IMG/VR virus record: IMGVR_UViG_3300013109_000495
Coordinates: 57,820-121,819 of that record
Length of the DNA: 64,000 nucleotides
From: a virus
Lineage: Duplodnaviria; Caudoviricetes
Reading direction: 5' to 3' (one strand)
Of this stretch, positions 9,970 to 19,124 are shown piece by piece (the stretch's first letter is position 1; each line of letters starts with the position of its first letter). Made by a program: the position numbers and the translations under genes. The notes under the pieces were generated by a model. It worked only from the letters and a program-made list of their open reading frames with translations. It ran no database searches and was not told where the DNA came from.

Positions 9970-10409
9970 TGATACCAAGATTTGCTAAAGGAAAATTTTC
10001 ATTAAAAAATCCAGAAAAATATGTTGGACTAAAAACGCCAACTTATAGAAGTAGTTGGGAACACGGATTTATGAGATTATGTGATGAACATCCTAACGTA
10101 TATAAATGGGCTAGTGAATCAATAAAAATACCTTATAGGCACCCATTAACAGGCAAGTATACAATCTATGTACCGGATTTTTTCATTGTTTACATGGACA
10201 AAGAAGGGCGTAAACACGCCGAAATGGTTGAAGTTAAGCCATTGTCCCAGACTTCTCTAGAATCTGCTGGTAAAAGTATGGGCAAAAAGAAACAAGTTAT
10301 AATTAATCGTGCTAAATGGGAGGCCGCTTCTGCCTATGCTCGACAAAATAAAATGATATTTAGAGTAGTATCAGAAGACCAATTATTCCATCAAGGTACA
10401 CGTAAATAA
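9969..10409 (+). CDS. Head completion nuclease (T4 gp4 / TnsA-N-like)
   Basis: NPEKYVG, YRSSWE, WASE, YVPDF, EVKP and NRAKWEAA. Confidence 0.85.
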   Translation: MIPRFAKGKFSLKNPEKYVGLKTPTYRSSWEHGFMRLCDEHPNVYKWASESIKIPYRHPLTGKYTIYVPDFFIVYMDKEGRKHAEMVEVKPLSQTSLESAGKSMGKKKQVIINRAKWEAASAYARQNKMIFRVVSEDQLFHQGTRK

Positions 10410-10414
10410 TCAAA

Positions 10415-10963
10415 ATGACTAAAAAGTTAGAAGACATATTAAATTTACCAAACGTTAAAGAAGCATTTGCTAAAGTAGATGCAAAAGAAAAAGAAAAAGA
10501 AACTAAACAAATAAATGGTACTGTACCTAAAAATGTCGATCCAATTACTGCAAAAAATTTAGAAAAAACATATGCTGAATTTGATAAAATTGCGGCCTCA
10601 TTACCTCAAGTAAAAGGACTAGGAGAACTGTCAGATTTAGAATTAGATAAATTAGCAACCGAGGCAGAAGAATCATATAAGAATTTAATGGACTTGGGTA
10701 TGAACGTAGACTCACGTTATTCAGGACGTATTTTTGAGGTTGCAAGTACTATGTTACGTAATGCCATAGATGCAAAAGGCTCTAAAATAGACAAAAAACT
10801 AAAAATGGTGGAATTACAACTTAAAAAGCTAAAAATAGACAAAACAGGTAAAGACGACTTGGGTACTATTGAAGAAAGTGACGGATTTGTTATATCAGAT
10901 CGTAACGAATTAATGAAGAAGTTGCTTAAAACAGATGACGCCAAGAGTGAAGATAAAGACTAA
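10415..10963 (+). CDS. Terminase small subunit (gp16-like)
   Basis: Helical protein; RIFEVASTML resembles gp16 RAYEV; C-terminal DRNELMK; upstream of TerL. Confidence 0.55.
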   Translation: MTKKLEDILNLPNVKEAFAKVDAKEKEKETKQINGTVPKNVDPITAKNLEKTYAEFDKIAASLPQVKGLGELSDLELDKLATEAEESYKNLMDLGMNVDSRYSGRIFEVASTMLRNAIDAKGSKIDKKLKMVELQLKKLKIDKTGKDDLGTIEESDGFVISDRNELMKKLLKTDDAKSEDKD

Positions 10964-10974
10964 ATAGTACTAAT

Positions 10975-11574
10975 ATGAGCACGTTTACAAAATATCTAAC
11001 AGAATCAGTTAAGACCTATGAATATAAAATCAAAATAGCGGGTGATATTGAAAAAGGCTTCGCTAATCGTTTGGAAACTGCTTGTCAAAAATTTGAAATA
11101 CAAAAATTATCAGCAGGAAAGAAAACTCCAATACAATCGCTACCTTTAGACTTTCCAACAATAAAAAATGAATCTGTTACAATTTTCGATCTTCAAACTT
11201 CTTATCCAGTTGCAGTAAATGAATTAAGAGAATATATTGCTGATTATATGAGAATTTCTCCAGCTTGTGTAGTTGTAAGAAAACCAGGAGAACCATCAGA
11301 AGAATATCAAGAAACAATTGCAAATGCAACTAAATCAGAATACAAAAATAAACTTCATGACATAGAATATAAAGACGCACCTAAAGTAAATGCAGAAGAT
11401 TTTCATTCTACGAAAGCAAACATGAGTTTGTTAAAAGAATTATTAAAAGACAGAGATCTTAATAAGGAAGAAACTCCAAAAGAAAAAGAAAATATTACAA
11501 CTAAAGAAGACTCACCAGCAGATTCTCCATTTACAAAAACAACAAATCCACATCCGGATCCAAAGAGAAAATAA
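10975..11574 (+). CDS. Putative internal head protein with capsid-targeting-like N-terminus
   Basis: MSTFTKYLTE resembles the T4 CTS MKTYQEFIAE; TAAATA 8 nt upstream. Confidence 0.5.
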   Translation: MSTFTKYLTESVKTYEYKIKIAGDIEKGFANRLETACQKFEIQKLSAGKKTPIQSLPLDFPTIKNESVTIFDLQTSYPVAVNELREYIADYMRISPACVVVRKPGEPSEEYQETIANATKSEYKNKLHDIEYKDAPKVNAEDFHSTKANMSLLKELLKDRDLNKEETPKEKENITTKEDSPADSPFTKTTNPHPDPKRK

Positions 11575-11576
11575 TT

Positions 11577-11645
11577 ATGCCTTGTAATAATCCAAATTGT
11601 CAGTGTGAAAATTGTACTTGTGAAAATTGTACTTGCAGAGAATAA
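11577..11645 (+). CDS. 22-aa Cys-rich peptide (metallothionein-like)
   Basis: MPCNNPNCQCENCTCENCTCRE*; fills the gap between two genes exactly; below the ORF-track cutoff. Confidence 0.55.
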   Translation: MPCNNPNCQCENCTCENCTCRE

Positions 11646-11648
11646 ATT

Positions 11649-13142
11649 ATGGAAATGGTTGACGTTTTACAAAAACTAAAAGAAATTACTAACAAATCTC
11701 CAGAAGTTGCAAAAGCAATTAAAAGTGTAGAATCAACAACTAATCCAAAAACCGAAGTTGCACCTCCAGGAAGAGAAAAACAAGTAAAAGCATTAAAAGG
11801 AAAAGTAGACAATCCTTATGCAGTTGCTTGGTCATCTTATAATAAATCTAAAGGCAAAAAAGAATCAATAAAAGAAGGCGGAATGTCAGACGTACATATT
11901 GGTGCACAAGAAAAAGTTGGTGAATATGTTGATCAAGACGGCAATCTTTCGGCACCTAAACAAGATGTATTACAATCATTAGAACAACAAAGAGCATCAG
12001 CTCCTTTTCCAGAATCATATGAAATTGAAACTGCAATAAAAATGGTACAAGATGATTTTGATGACAACGGTCAAGCAAAAGCAGAATATGAACCTGATCC
12101 AGAAGACAATATTCCACACGATGTAGATACACAAATGAATATGGACGCACCAGCAGAAGAACAACCAATAAAAGAAGCACCAAATCCTAAAAGAGAAGCT
12201 ATACAAACTCTTGAAGCATTAAGAGATATGGTTATGGAATTACCTATATCCGATGATGCTAAAACTTCGGCCCATACAGCATTAGATCAAGTGTCAGACG
12301 ATATCATGATGGACACAGCTACTGATGAAGAAGCAACTGCAGAAGAACCAAAAATTGAAGAAGATACTCTTAATATAAATGGAATGACAACTGAAGAAGA
12401 TGTTATTAGCATGATTCAAGATACTATAAGTGCTGGAAAAGGTGACGATGCAAAAGATTACCTAGAACAGTTTAAACAGTATCTATTTGTAAAATCAGGT
12501 GGACGAGCGGAGTCAAAAGAACTAAATACAGAAACAATGAAAAAAGAAGATAAAAAACCCCTTAAAGAAGCAATTACAATGTCTGCAGACACACCTCAAG
12601 AAGCAGGTATGTTAATGCAAATTTTAAAACTTGCAGGTGTACAACAAGTAACACCTGATATGATTGGTGCAGAAGAACCAACAGCAGATGTACCAACTAA
12701 TGATGCCGATCACGATCATAACAACGACGGCGAACAAGATCACGCACCACAAGATTGTAATGTTTGCTCTGGTGACGATGCAATTGGCTCACAAGGAATG
12801 GGTAATATGAGAGATATAATCTCTAAAAATGATAATGATGAACAAGCAGAAGAAACTTGGGATAATGCACCAGATGAAAAAGTTGACGACCTTGACACAT
12901 TAGTGAACGTTCATTCAGGTGGCTTAAACAAACAAAAACAACAAGTAAGAAAAGAATATCCAGGTGACAATCCACTTGCCGCCGAAGATAAAATTAGCGA
13001 AGAAGATTTAGCCAATAGTTTAAGAACACAATACGAAGGCTTTAAAAAATCTTACCAAGAAGCAACAAAAGTTGCTGAAACAAAAGCAGAACCAAAAGAA
13101 GAAGAAGAAGTAAAGAAAGAAGCTGTTGCTGACAAAAAATAA
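11649..13142 (+). CDS. Acidic modular protein, probable prohead core/internal protein
   Basis: Very acidic, with repeated (L/I)-x-E motifs, in a late-gene context. Confidence 0.5.
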   Translation: MEMVDVLQKLKEITNKSPEVAKAIKSVESTTNPKTEVAPPGREKQVKALKGKVDNPYAVAWSSYNKSKGKKESIKEGGMSDVHIGAQEKVGEYVDQDGNLSAPKQDVLQSLEQQRASAPFPESYEIETAIKMVQDDFDDNGQAKAEYEPDPEDNIPHDVDTQMNMDAPAEEQPIKEAPNPKREAIQTLEALRDMVMELPISDDAKTSAHTALDQVSDDIMMDTATDEEATAEEPKIEEDTLNINGMTTEEDVISMIQDTISAGKGDDAKDYLEQFKQYLFVKSGGRAESKELNTETMKKEDKKPLKEAITMSADTPQEAGMLMQILKLAGVQQVTPDMIGAEEPTADVPTNDADHDHNNDGEQDHAPQDCNVCSGDDAIGSQGMGNMRDIISKNDNDEQAEETWDNAPDEKVDDLDTLVNVHSGGLNKQKQQVRKEYPGDNPLAAEDKISEEDLANSLRTQYEGFKKSYQEATKVAETKAEPKEEEEVKKEAVADKK

Positions 13143-13154
13143 AAACAATCAAAT

Positions 13155-13373
13155 ATGAGCATAAACGGAAAAGTAAAATGGTATAATGGAACCAAAGGAT
13201 TTGGTTTTATTGCCAGAGAAGACAACGAAAAAGATGTATTTGTTCACAGAACGGCTCTTCAAGCCGCAGGTATACCCAACCTGAGAGAAGGTGAACAATT
13301 AACATTTGATGTAGATATAGCGGCAAAAGGACCTTGCGCCGTTAATTTACAAAAACCTGACATAAACAGTTAG
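13155..13373 (+). CDS. cspA: Cold-shock domain protein
   Basis: GKVKWYN, KGFGFI (RNP1), DVFVH (RNP2) and KGPCAVNL. Confidence 0.92.
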   Translation: MSINGKVKWYNGTKGFGFIAREDNEKDVFVHRTALQAAGIPNLREGEQLTFDVDIAAKGPCAVNLQKPDINS

Positions 13374-13408
13374 TTTTCTTAACATAAAATAGCCTTAAAT
13401 ACAACACT

Positions 13409-15004
13409 ATGGCGTATGTATCGTTAGACAGTGAACAGGTAAAACGTGCCCATAAAAAGCACAAATATACCAAAGAACAAGTCTTACAACTCGAACAGTG
13501 TATGAACACAAAGACTGGACCGTTGTATTTCATGGAAACATTTATGAGAATACAACATCCAACTAAAGGTGAAATGGCTTTTCATCCTTATTCTTTTCAA
13601 AAAAGATTAATTGAATCATATAACAATTATCGATTTTCTGTATCAATGCTACCACGACAAACAGGTAAAACAACCTGTGCGGCAGGATATATTATTTGGT
13701 ATGCTATGTTCCATCCAGATTCATCTATATTAATTGCGGCACACAAATACGCAGGTGCGTCTGACATTATGTCACGTGTAAGATTTTCATACGAAATGTT
13801 ACCTGAATGGATTAAAGCTGGAGTAACGCAATACAATAGAAATTCTATAGAATTTGACAATGGTTCAAAAATAATAGCAACTACTACAACTGAAAATACT
13901 GGGCGGGGTATGTCTTTAACAATGATATATTGTGATGAGTTTGCATTCGTGCAACCACCAGATAAAGCAAAAGAATTTTGGACGTCACTATCTCCTACCT
14001 TGTCAACAGGAGGTAAGTGTATGATTACATCAACTCCAAACTCTGATGAAGATCAATTTGCGTTAATTTGGAAAGAAGCTAATAAAAAATTCGATGAATA
14101 CGGCAATGATAAAATTGTAGGAACTAATGGCTTCTATGCCATGAAAGCTCACTGGTCAGAACATCCTGAACGAGATGATAAGTGGGCAGAAACTGAAAAA
14201 GCAAGAATAGGTGAGGAAAGATTTAGACGAGAACACGAATGTGAGTTTATAATCTTTGATGAAACATTAATTAACTCTACAACATTAGCAGAAATGGAAG
14301 GTACTCTTCCTATAGAAAGTACAGGACAGGTACGTTGGTATAAAAGACCCACACCAGGACATACATATATGGTATCATTAGATCCAAGCATGGGTACAGG
14401 TGGCGACTATGCGGCTATACAAGTATTTGAATTGCCAACATTTGAGCAAGTTGCAGAATGGCGTCATAATGAAACACCAATGAATCAGCAAATTAGAATA
14501 TTACAAGGAATTACCAAACATATACATGACACTATAATAGAGAAAGATGCAGGTGCTACTCCACAAATATTTTATTCAATGGAAAATAATGCAATTGGTG
14601 AGGCGGCACTTTTAAGAGTTATGGATATTGGCGAAGAAAATATTATAGGTATGTTCTTATCAGAACCTATTAGAAGAGGACATAGACGAAAATTTAGAAG
14701 AGGATTTAATACTACTGCAAAACATAAAATTGATGCTTGTACAAAATTTAAAGAACTTGTAGAAAATAACAAACTACAAATTAACTCTAAATTGCTTATA
14801 ACAGAATTAAAGGATTTTGTTGCAATAGGTATGAGTTATAAAGCTAAACCAGGACAACACGACGATTTAGTTAGTGCTTGTTTATTAATGACACGTATGA
14901 TAAAAGTACTTGCAGATTTTGATCCTAAAATATTCGAAAAATGGACTGATAGAACATCTGAATGGACTGCACCAATGCCAATCTTCGCAAACCTATACGG
15001 ATAA
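13409..15004 (+). CDS. Terminase large subunit (gp17-like)
   Basis: Walker A PRQTGKTT, Walker B IYCDEFAF, ITSTPN, nuclease SLDPSMGTGGDY and HDDLV. Confidence 0.95.
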   Translation: MAYVSLDSEQVKRAHKKHKYTKEQVLQLEQCMNTKTGPLYFMETFMRIQHPTKGEMAFHPYSFQKRLIESYNNYRFSVSMLPRQTGKTTCAAGYIIWYAMFHPDSSILIAAHKYAGASDIMSRVRFSYEMLPEWIKAGVTQYNRNSIEFDNGSKIIATTTTENTGRGMSLTMIYCDEFAFVQPPDKAKEFWTSLSPTLSTGGKCMITSTPNSDEDQFALIWKEANKKFDEYGNDKIVGTNGFYAMKAHWSEHPERDDKWAETEKARIGEERFRREHECEFIIFDETLINSTTLAEMEGTLPIESTGQVRWYKRPTPGHTYMVSLDPSMGTGGDYAAIQVFELPTFEQVAEWRHNETPMNQQIRILQGITKHIHDTIIEKDAGATPQIFYSMENNAIGEAALLRVMDIGEENIIGMFLSEPIRRGHRRKFRRGFNTTAKHKIDACTKFKELVENNKLQINSKLLITELKDFVAIGMSYKAKPGQHDDLVSACLLMTRMIKVLADFDPKIFEKWTDRTSEWTAPMPIFANLYG

Positions 15005-15016
15005 TAAATACACTAT

Positions 15017-17065
15017 ATGAACCCAAAAACATCATCTGACTTGTTTAACAAAATACGATCGCAATTTTCTAACATAGAAATAGGTGATCCTACAGGTCAA
15101 CCTACAGCAGATCCCAGTCAAGCTGTATTCTTTGATTTTGAATTTAAGGAAGATGCTGATACATATGGACGTGTAAGTATATCACTTGCTGATGAAGAAA
15201 ATATGAAGGTGTTTTATAACCGTGATTTAGTAGAAAAAATCGACGATGACAGCAGAGATGAATGGTATGCTTTTTTAAAAGAATTAAAAGACTTTGCAGT
15301 GGAACATTCATTAAGATTTGATGTTAGAGATATTACTAAATCGAACCTAACGAAGCAAGATTATAAGAACCTAGCAGATACGAACGCAACGGTAAATACT
15401 GATACAATGTCAGAAGAATTAAACAGAATTACAACATTAGCAGGTGTTAAAGAAACCGAAGACAAACAAAAACCTACTGATAAAGAAATTAAACAAGCAA
15501 AAGGTATTGCTTTTGATAAACGATACAAAGGTGGCAACTACACCGGAGCATCAAACACTATTGATAAACTTAAAAAAGGATTATCACAACATCCAGATGT
15601 TGCTGATGCATTAAAAAGAGCAAACGAGGCAGTTAAAGAAGGTATGACTGGTACAACTCGATCTTCATACGAAAACCTAGATAAAACAAGATTAATAATT
15701 AGACATTCAGGACCAGTTGACGAAAACGTACCTGGTGCAAGATCAAGACATATTAATTCATTATACATTGAAAATGAAGATGGTGAAAGATTTAAATATC
15801 CAATTACTCATTTAGCAGGTGCAAGAGCAATGACTAGGCACGTTGCTAACGGTGGAAGACCACATGATGAATTTGGGCAACACATTGTCAAAACATCAGA
15901 AAATATTGCACAATTAAATTCGTTTTCTAGATATGTTTCTCATAAAGATCAATTAAATGATAATGCTGGTGACATAATTGAACAAACAAAATTAAAATTA
16001 GAAAATTTAAGACAATATATGAGAAGCCTAAACAAACAATCACACTATGATGAAACTTTTAAAAACTTTAAACCATCAGCAGTTGCAGAATTAAGTGATG
16101 ATGAACGAAGTGCATATAGAGAAAAATTTACAATGAAACATCTTGACAACAGAGTTGAAGATGTTTTACCATTAATTCACAACATTATGCAAGAATATGA
16201 ACCAGATCCAACTGATAAAGATGCAAAAGTAGAACCAATTGTAGACCACGGAGCAATAGTACAAGGATTTTTAACTGATCCAAACAAAAAATTAATTTTA
16301 AGAAAAGACGAATCGGCAGATAAAATGTTATCTGTAACAAAATTTACTAATAATAACACAATGTTAGGTTCAATACTTTCAGACATAGCGTCTAGAATGC
16401 TTACACAAGATGCCAACGAAGAAAGAGTTGCCAACTTTGCATCTAGAGTTGCTGACGGTTTAGAAAGAGAAGGTGAATTGTTTAATGATCCAGATAGCGA
16501 TTGGCCAAAAAATAAATCAATTGCGATTCAACTTGCACGAAGATATATTGACGATTATAAAAAAATGCAAAAAGATCCTGCATATGCAGAAGAAGTAAGA
16601 ATGGATGCTGGTGCATTTAAACCAAAAGCACATCCAAAATTAGACAAAAAAGCAAAAGGTGAAACAGCAGAATTTGAAGAATGGGTTGATGATACAATTA
16701 ATCCTAAACAAGAACCAGCACCTAAAGAAAAAGCATTTGCAGGAGAAGACTTAAAATTTGAAGATATTAAACCTTATGTGTCTATGTACAAAGGTGACGA
16801 TGGCAAGACAGTTCATGATGTATTAGACAAAGATGGTAAATCGACATATAAAACAAATAATCCTAAAGACGCAATGAATTATTTGTCAAAAAACTTTAGC
16901 AAACTTCGAGGAGATTCATCTAAGAAACAAGAATCATTAAACGAATCAAGAACTAAAATAGTAGAAGCAATTAAATCTAAAGTAGCAAAAGAAGATACAG
17001 GGTTTAATATTGCTGGTGTTGAAGGCGAAGTCGAAAGAATAACTCAACTAGCAAATTACCAATAA
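15017..17065 (+). CDS. Large hypothetical late protein, probably virion-internal
   Basis: 682-aa ORF after TerL with TAAATA 6 nt upstream; modular, with xKE/LNE motifs. Confidence 0.55.
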   Translation: MNPKTSSDLFNKIRSQFSNIEIGDPTGQPTADPSQAVFFDFEFKEDADTYGRVSISLADEENMKVFYNRDLVEKIDDDSRDEWYAFLKELKDFAVEHSLRFDVRDITKSNLTKQDYKNLADTNATVNTDTMSEELNRITTLAGVKETEDKQKPTDKEIKQAKGIAFDKRYKGGNYTGASNTIDKLKKGLSQHPDVADALKRANEAVKEGMTGTTRSSYENLDKTRLIIRHSGPVDENVPGARSRHINSLYIENEDGERFKYPITHLAGARAMTRHVANGGRPHDEFGQHIVKTSENIAQLNSFSRYVSHKDQLNDNAGDIIEQTKLKLENLRQYMRSLNKQSHYDETFKNFKPSAVAELSDDERSAYREKFTMKHLDNRVEDVLPLIHNIMQEYEPDPTDKDAKVEPIVDHGAIVQGFLTDPNKKLILRKDESADKMLSVTKFTNNNTMLGSILSDIASRMLTQDANEERVANFASRVADGLEREGELFNDPDSDWPKNKSIAIQLARRYIDDYKKMQKDPAYAEEVRMDAGAFKPKAHPKLDKKAKGETAEFEEWVDDTINPKQEPAPKEKAFAGEDLKFEDIKPYVSMYKGDDGKTVHDVLDKDGKSTYKTNNPKDAMNYLSKNFSKLRGDSSKKQESLNESRTKIVEAIKSKVAKEDTGFNIAGVEGEVERITQLANYQ

Positions 17066-17112
17066 TTTTTTACACTCGACGATTTAATTTAAATACTGTA
17101 TAATTAGGTATA

Positions 17113-18633
17113 ATGAACTATCACGCAGTATTTGTTTTTAATCCATTTTCAAAAATTGATGCTATGCCCATGGCGCCTGCATTATTAAAAGCTATATGTG
17201 ATGCAAATGGCCTCAAAACTACAACATTAGATTACAATATAGAATTACAAATCGCATATTTTAATAAAAAAATTGCTGTTGATGTGGAACAATATCTAAT
17301 GCATTTTTCTAAAATGTCTATTGAAGCATATGACTGGTATCATCAATGGGTGGAAGAAAAAGCAAAAGAATTAATAAATTTAAATGCTAATTGGATAGGA
17401 TTTTCATTATTAAGTTATCAAAGTTTAACATTTACACACGATATTTGTTATTATATAAAAAAAAATAAACCCGAACAAAAAATTATACTTGGTGGACAAG
17501 GTATTAGTAAAGATGATAATACTAACGGTTCTTACAGAAATAATAAAAAAATGCCAGATGTACTACTAGAAACTGGACTATGTGATACTATTATAATAAA
17601 CGAAAGTGAAAGTTTGTTAATTGATATTCTACTTAATAATAAAAAAGGAAAATTTAATACTAAAGTACAATTAACAGCCGAAGACCTAAACCAATTACCT
17701 ACTCCATCATATATTGATTATAAATTAGATCTTTATAAAAACGCTTCAAATGATTTTCTCTCAGCTGAACAAAAATCAGTTTTGTATAAACAAGGTGTTG
17801 CGGCTACTATAACTGGTTCTAAAGGATGTGTGAGAAGATGTACATTTTGTGATGTATTTTCATTTGAACCGAAATTTGTTTTTAAAGACGGTAATAAAGT
17901 TGCTGAGGAAATGATTGAAATATATGAAAAACAAGGAATAACAAATTTTATGTTATCTGATTCATTAATAAACGGATCAATGAAAGCATTTAGACAAATG
18001 AATACAGCACTTGCAAAAAAACTACCACGAACAATAAGTTATTATGGTGAATATATAGCACGACCGGAAGGACAAACTACTAACGAGGATTATCATCTTA
18101 TGGCCGAAGCAGGTTGCAAACACGTTATTGTTGGTGTTGAATCTGGCAGTGAAGCTGTACGAAATCATATGAGGAAAAAATTTACAAACGATGATTTACA
18201 TTTAATGATTGAAAGTCTTTATAACGTTGGTATCACTCAAGAATGGAATATAATGACTGGCTATATTACTGAAACAAGAAAAGATTTTGAAGATACACTT
18301 GCGTTAGTAAAAAAATATAAAGATATTCCATTTCCAAAAATGATCGTTAATCCAGTTGGGGTATTACATTTATTACCAGGATCTCCATTATATGATACTC
18401 ATGCTAGACAACTAGAAATTACCTGGGAAGATATAAAACCCGGAGTAGGATTAATATATGATTATTGGTATAGTAAACAAAATCCAACTAACACGTTTGT
18501 TAATAGGATAACTTGGTGGACTGAATTAATCGAATATTGTCATGATCACGGATACATGACAGAATATAGATATAATACAAAGAAGGCAACTGCTAATCGA
18601 TTAATCCAGGCCTGGAACGAAAATAAAAAATAA
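17113..18633 (+). CDS. Cobalamin-binding-domain radical SAM protein
   Basis: N-terminal IGFSLLS...IILGG domain; SKGCVRRCTFC, DSLING, GVESGS..VRNHMRK and GYITET; TCGACG-17-TATAAT upstream (17076-17104). Confidence 0.85.
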   Translation: MNYHAVFVFNPFSKIDAMPMAPALLKAICDANGLKTTTLDYNIELQIAYFNKKIAVDVEQYLMHFSKMSIEAYDWYHQWVEEKAKELINLNANWIGFSLLSYQSLTFTHDICYYIKKNKPEQKIILGGQGISKDDNTNGSYRNNKKMPDVLLETGLCDTIIINESESLLIDILLNNKKGKFNTKVQLTAEDLNQLPTPSYIDYKLDLYKNASNDFLSAEQKSVLYKQGVAATITGSKGCVRRCTFCDVFSFEPKFVFKDGNKVAEEMIEIYEKQGITNFMLSDSLINGSMKAFRQMNTALAKKLPRTISYYGEYIARPEGQTTNEDYHLMAEAGCKHVIVGVESGSEAVRNHMRKKFTNDDLHLMIESLYNVGITQEWNIMTGYITETRKDFEDTLALVKKYKDIPFPKMIVNPVGVLHLLPGSPLYDTHARQLEITWEDIKPGVGLIYDYWYSKQNPTNTFVNRITWWTELIEYCHDHGYMTEYRYNTKKATANRLIQAWNENKK

Positions 18634-18634
18634 A

Positions 18635-19039
18635 ATGATTAATTTTAATATTGAAATTGGTAAAAAAACCAATAAATGTCCTGCAGGCAAAATTATTTTT
18701 AATAACAAAATAATTCATACTGGAGAATATAATAAGAATTCTTTTGAGTTAAAACCTGTTATAGGTACAAACACATTATCGATTAGTTTAGAAAACAAAA
18801 ATGATGGCGATACTGTGTTAAAAGGAAATAAAATTACAGAAGATATATTTATTATTGTGAAAGATATACAATGTCAAATTACCAAAGACTCTACTAATCA
18901 ATTTGATACAATAGGATCTTACATTACTGACGACGGAAAAGCTGAAAAAACTCATGGCTATTTGTCATATAATGGTACCTATACTTTTAAATTTGATTAT
19001 CCATTCTTTATTTTCAATAAAAATAAGATTTTTTACTAG
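18635..19039 (+). CDS. Hypothetical beta-rich protein
   Basis: Coupled to the radical SAM gene. Confidence 0.55.
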   Translation: MINFNIEIGKKTNKCPAGKIIFNNKIIHTGEYNKNSFELKPVIGTNTLSISLENKNDGDTVLKGNKITEDIFIIVKDIQCQITKDSTNQFDTIGSYITDDGKAEKTHGYLSYNGTYTFKFDYPFFIFNKNKIFY

Positions 19040-19124
19040 ACATTATTAGATAAATATAGTAGTATATTAAGAAGCTTAATATATTTAGGCAAAACAAACA
19101 TAGGCAAATAAGGAGGCTTACATT

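Noticed and set aside
13409-15004. Intein or intron in TerL (also checked uvsX, uvsW, primase, helicase)
   Set aside because: Lengths are normal and motifs are contiguous.
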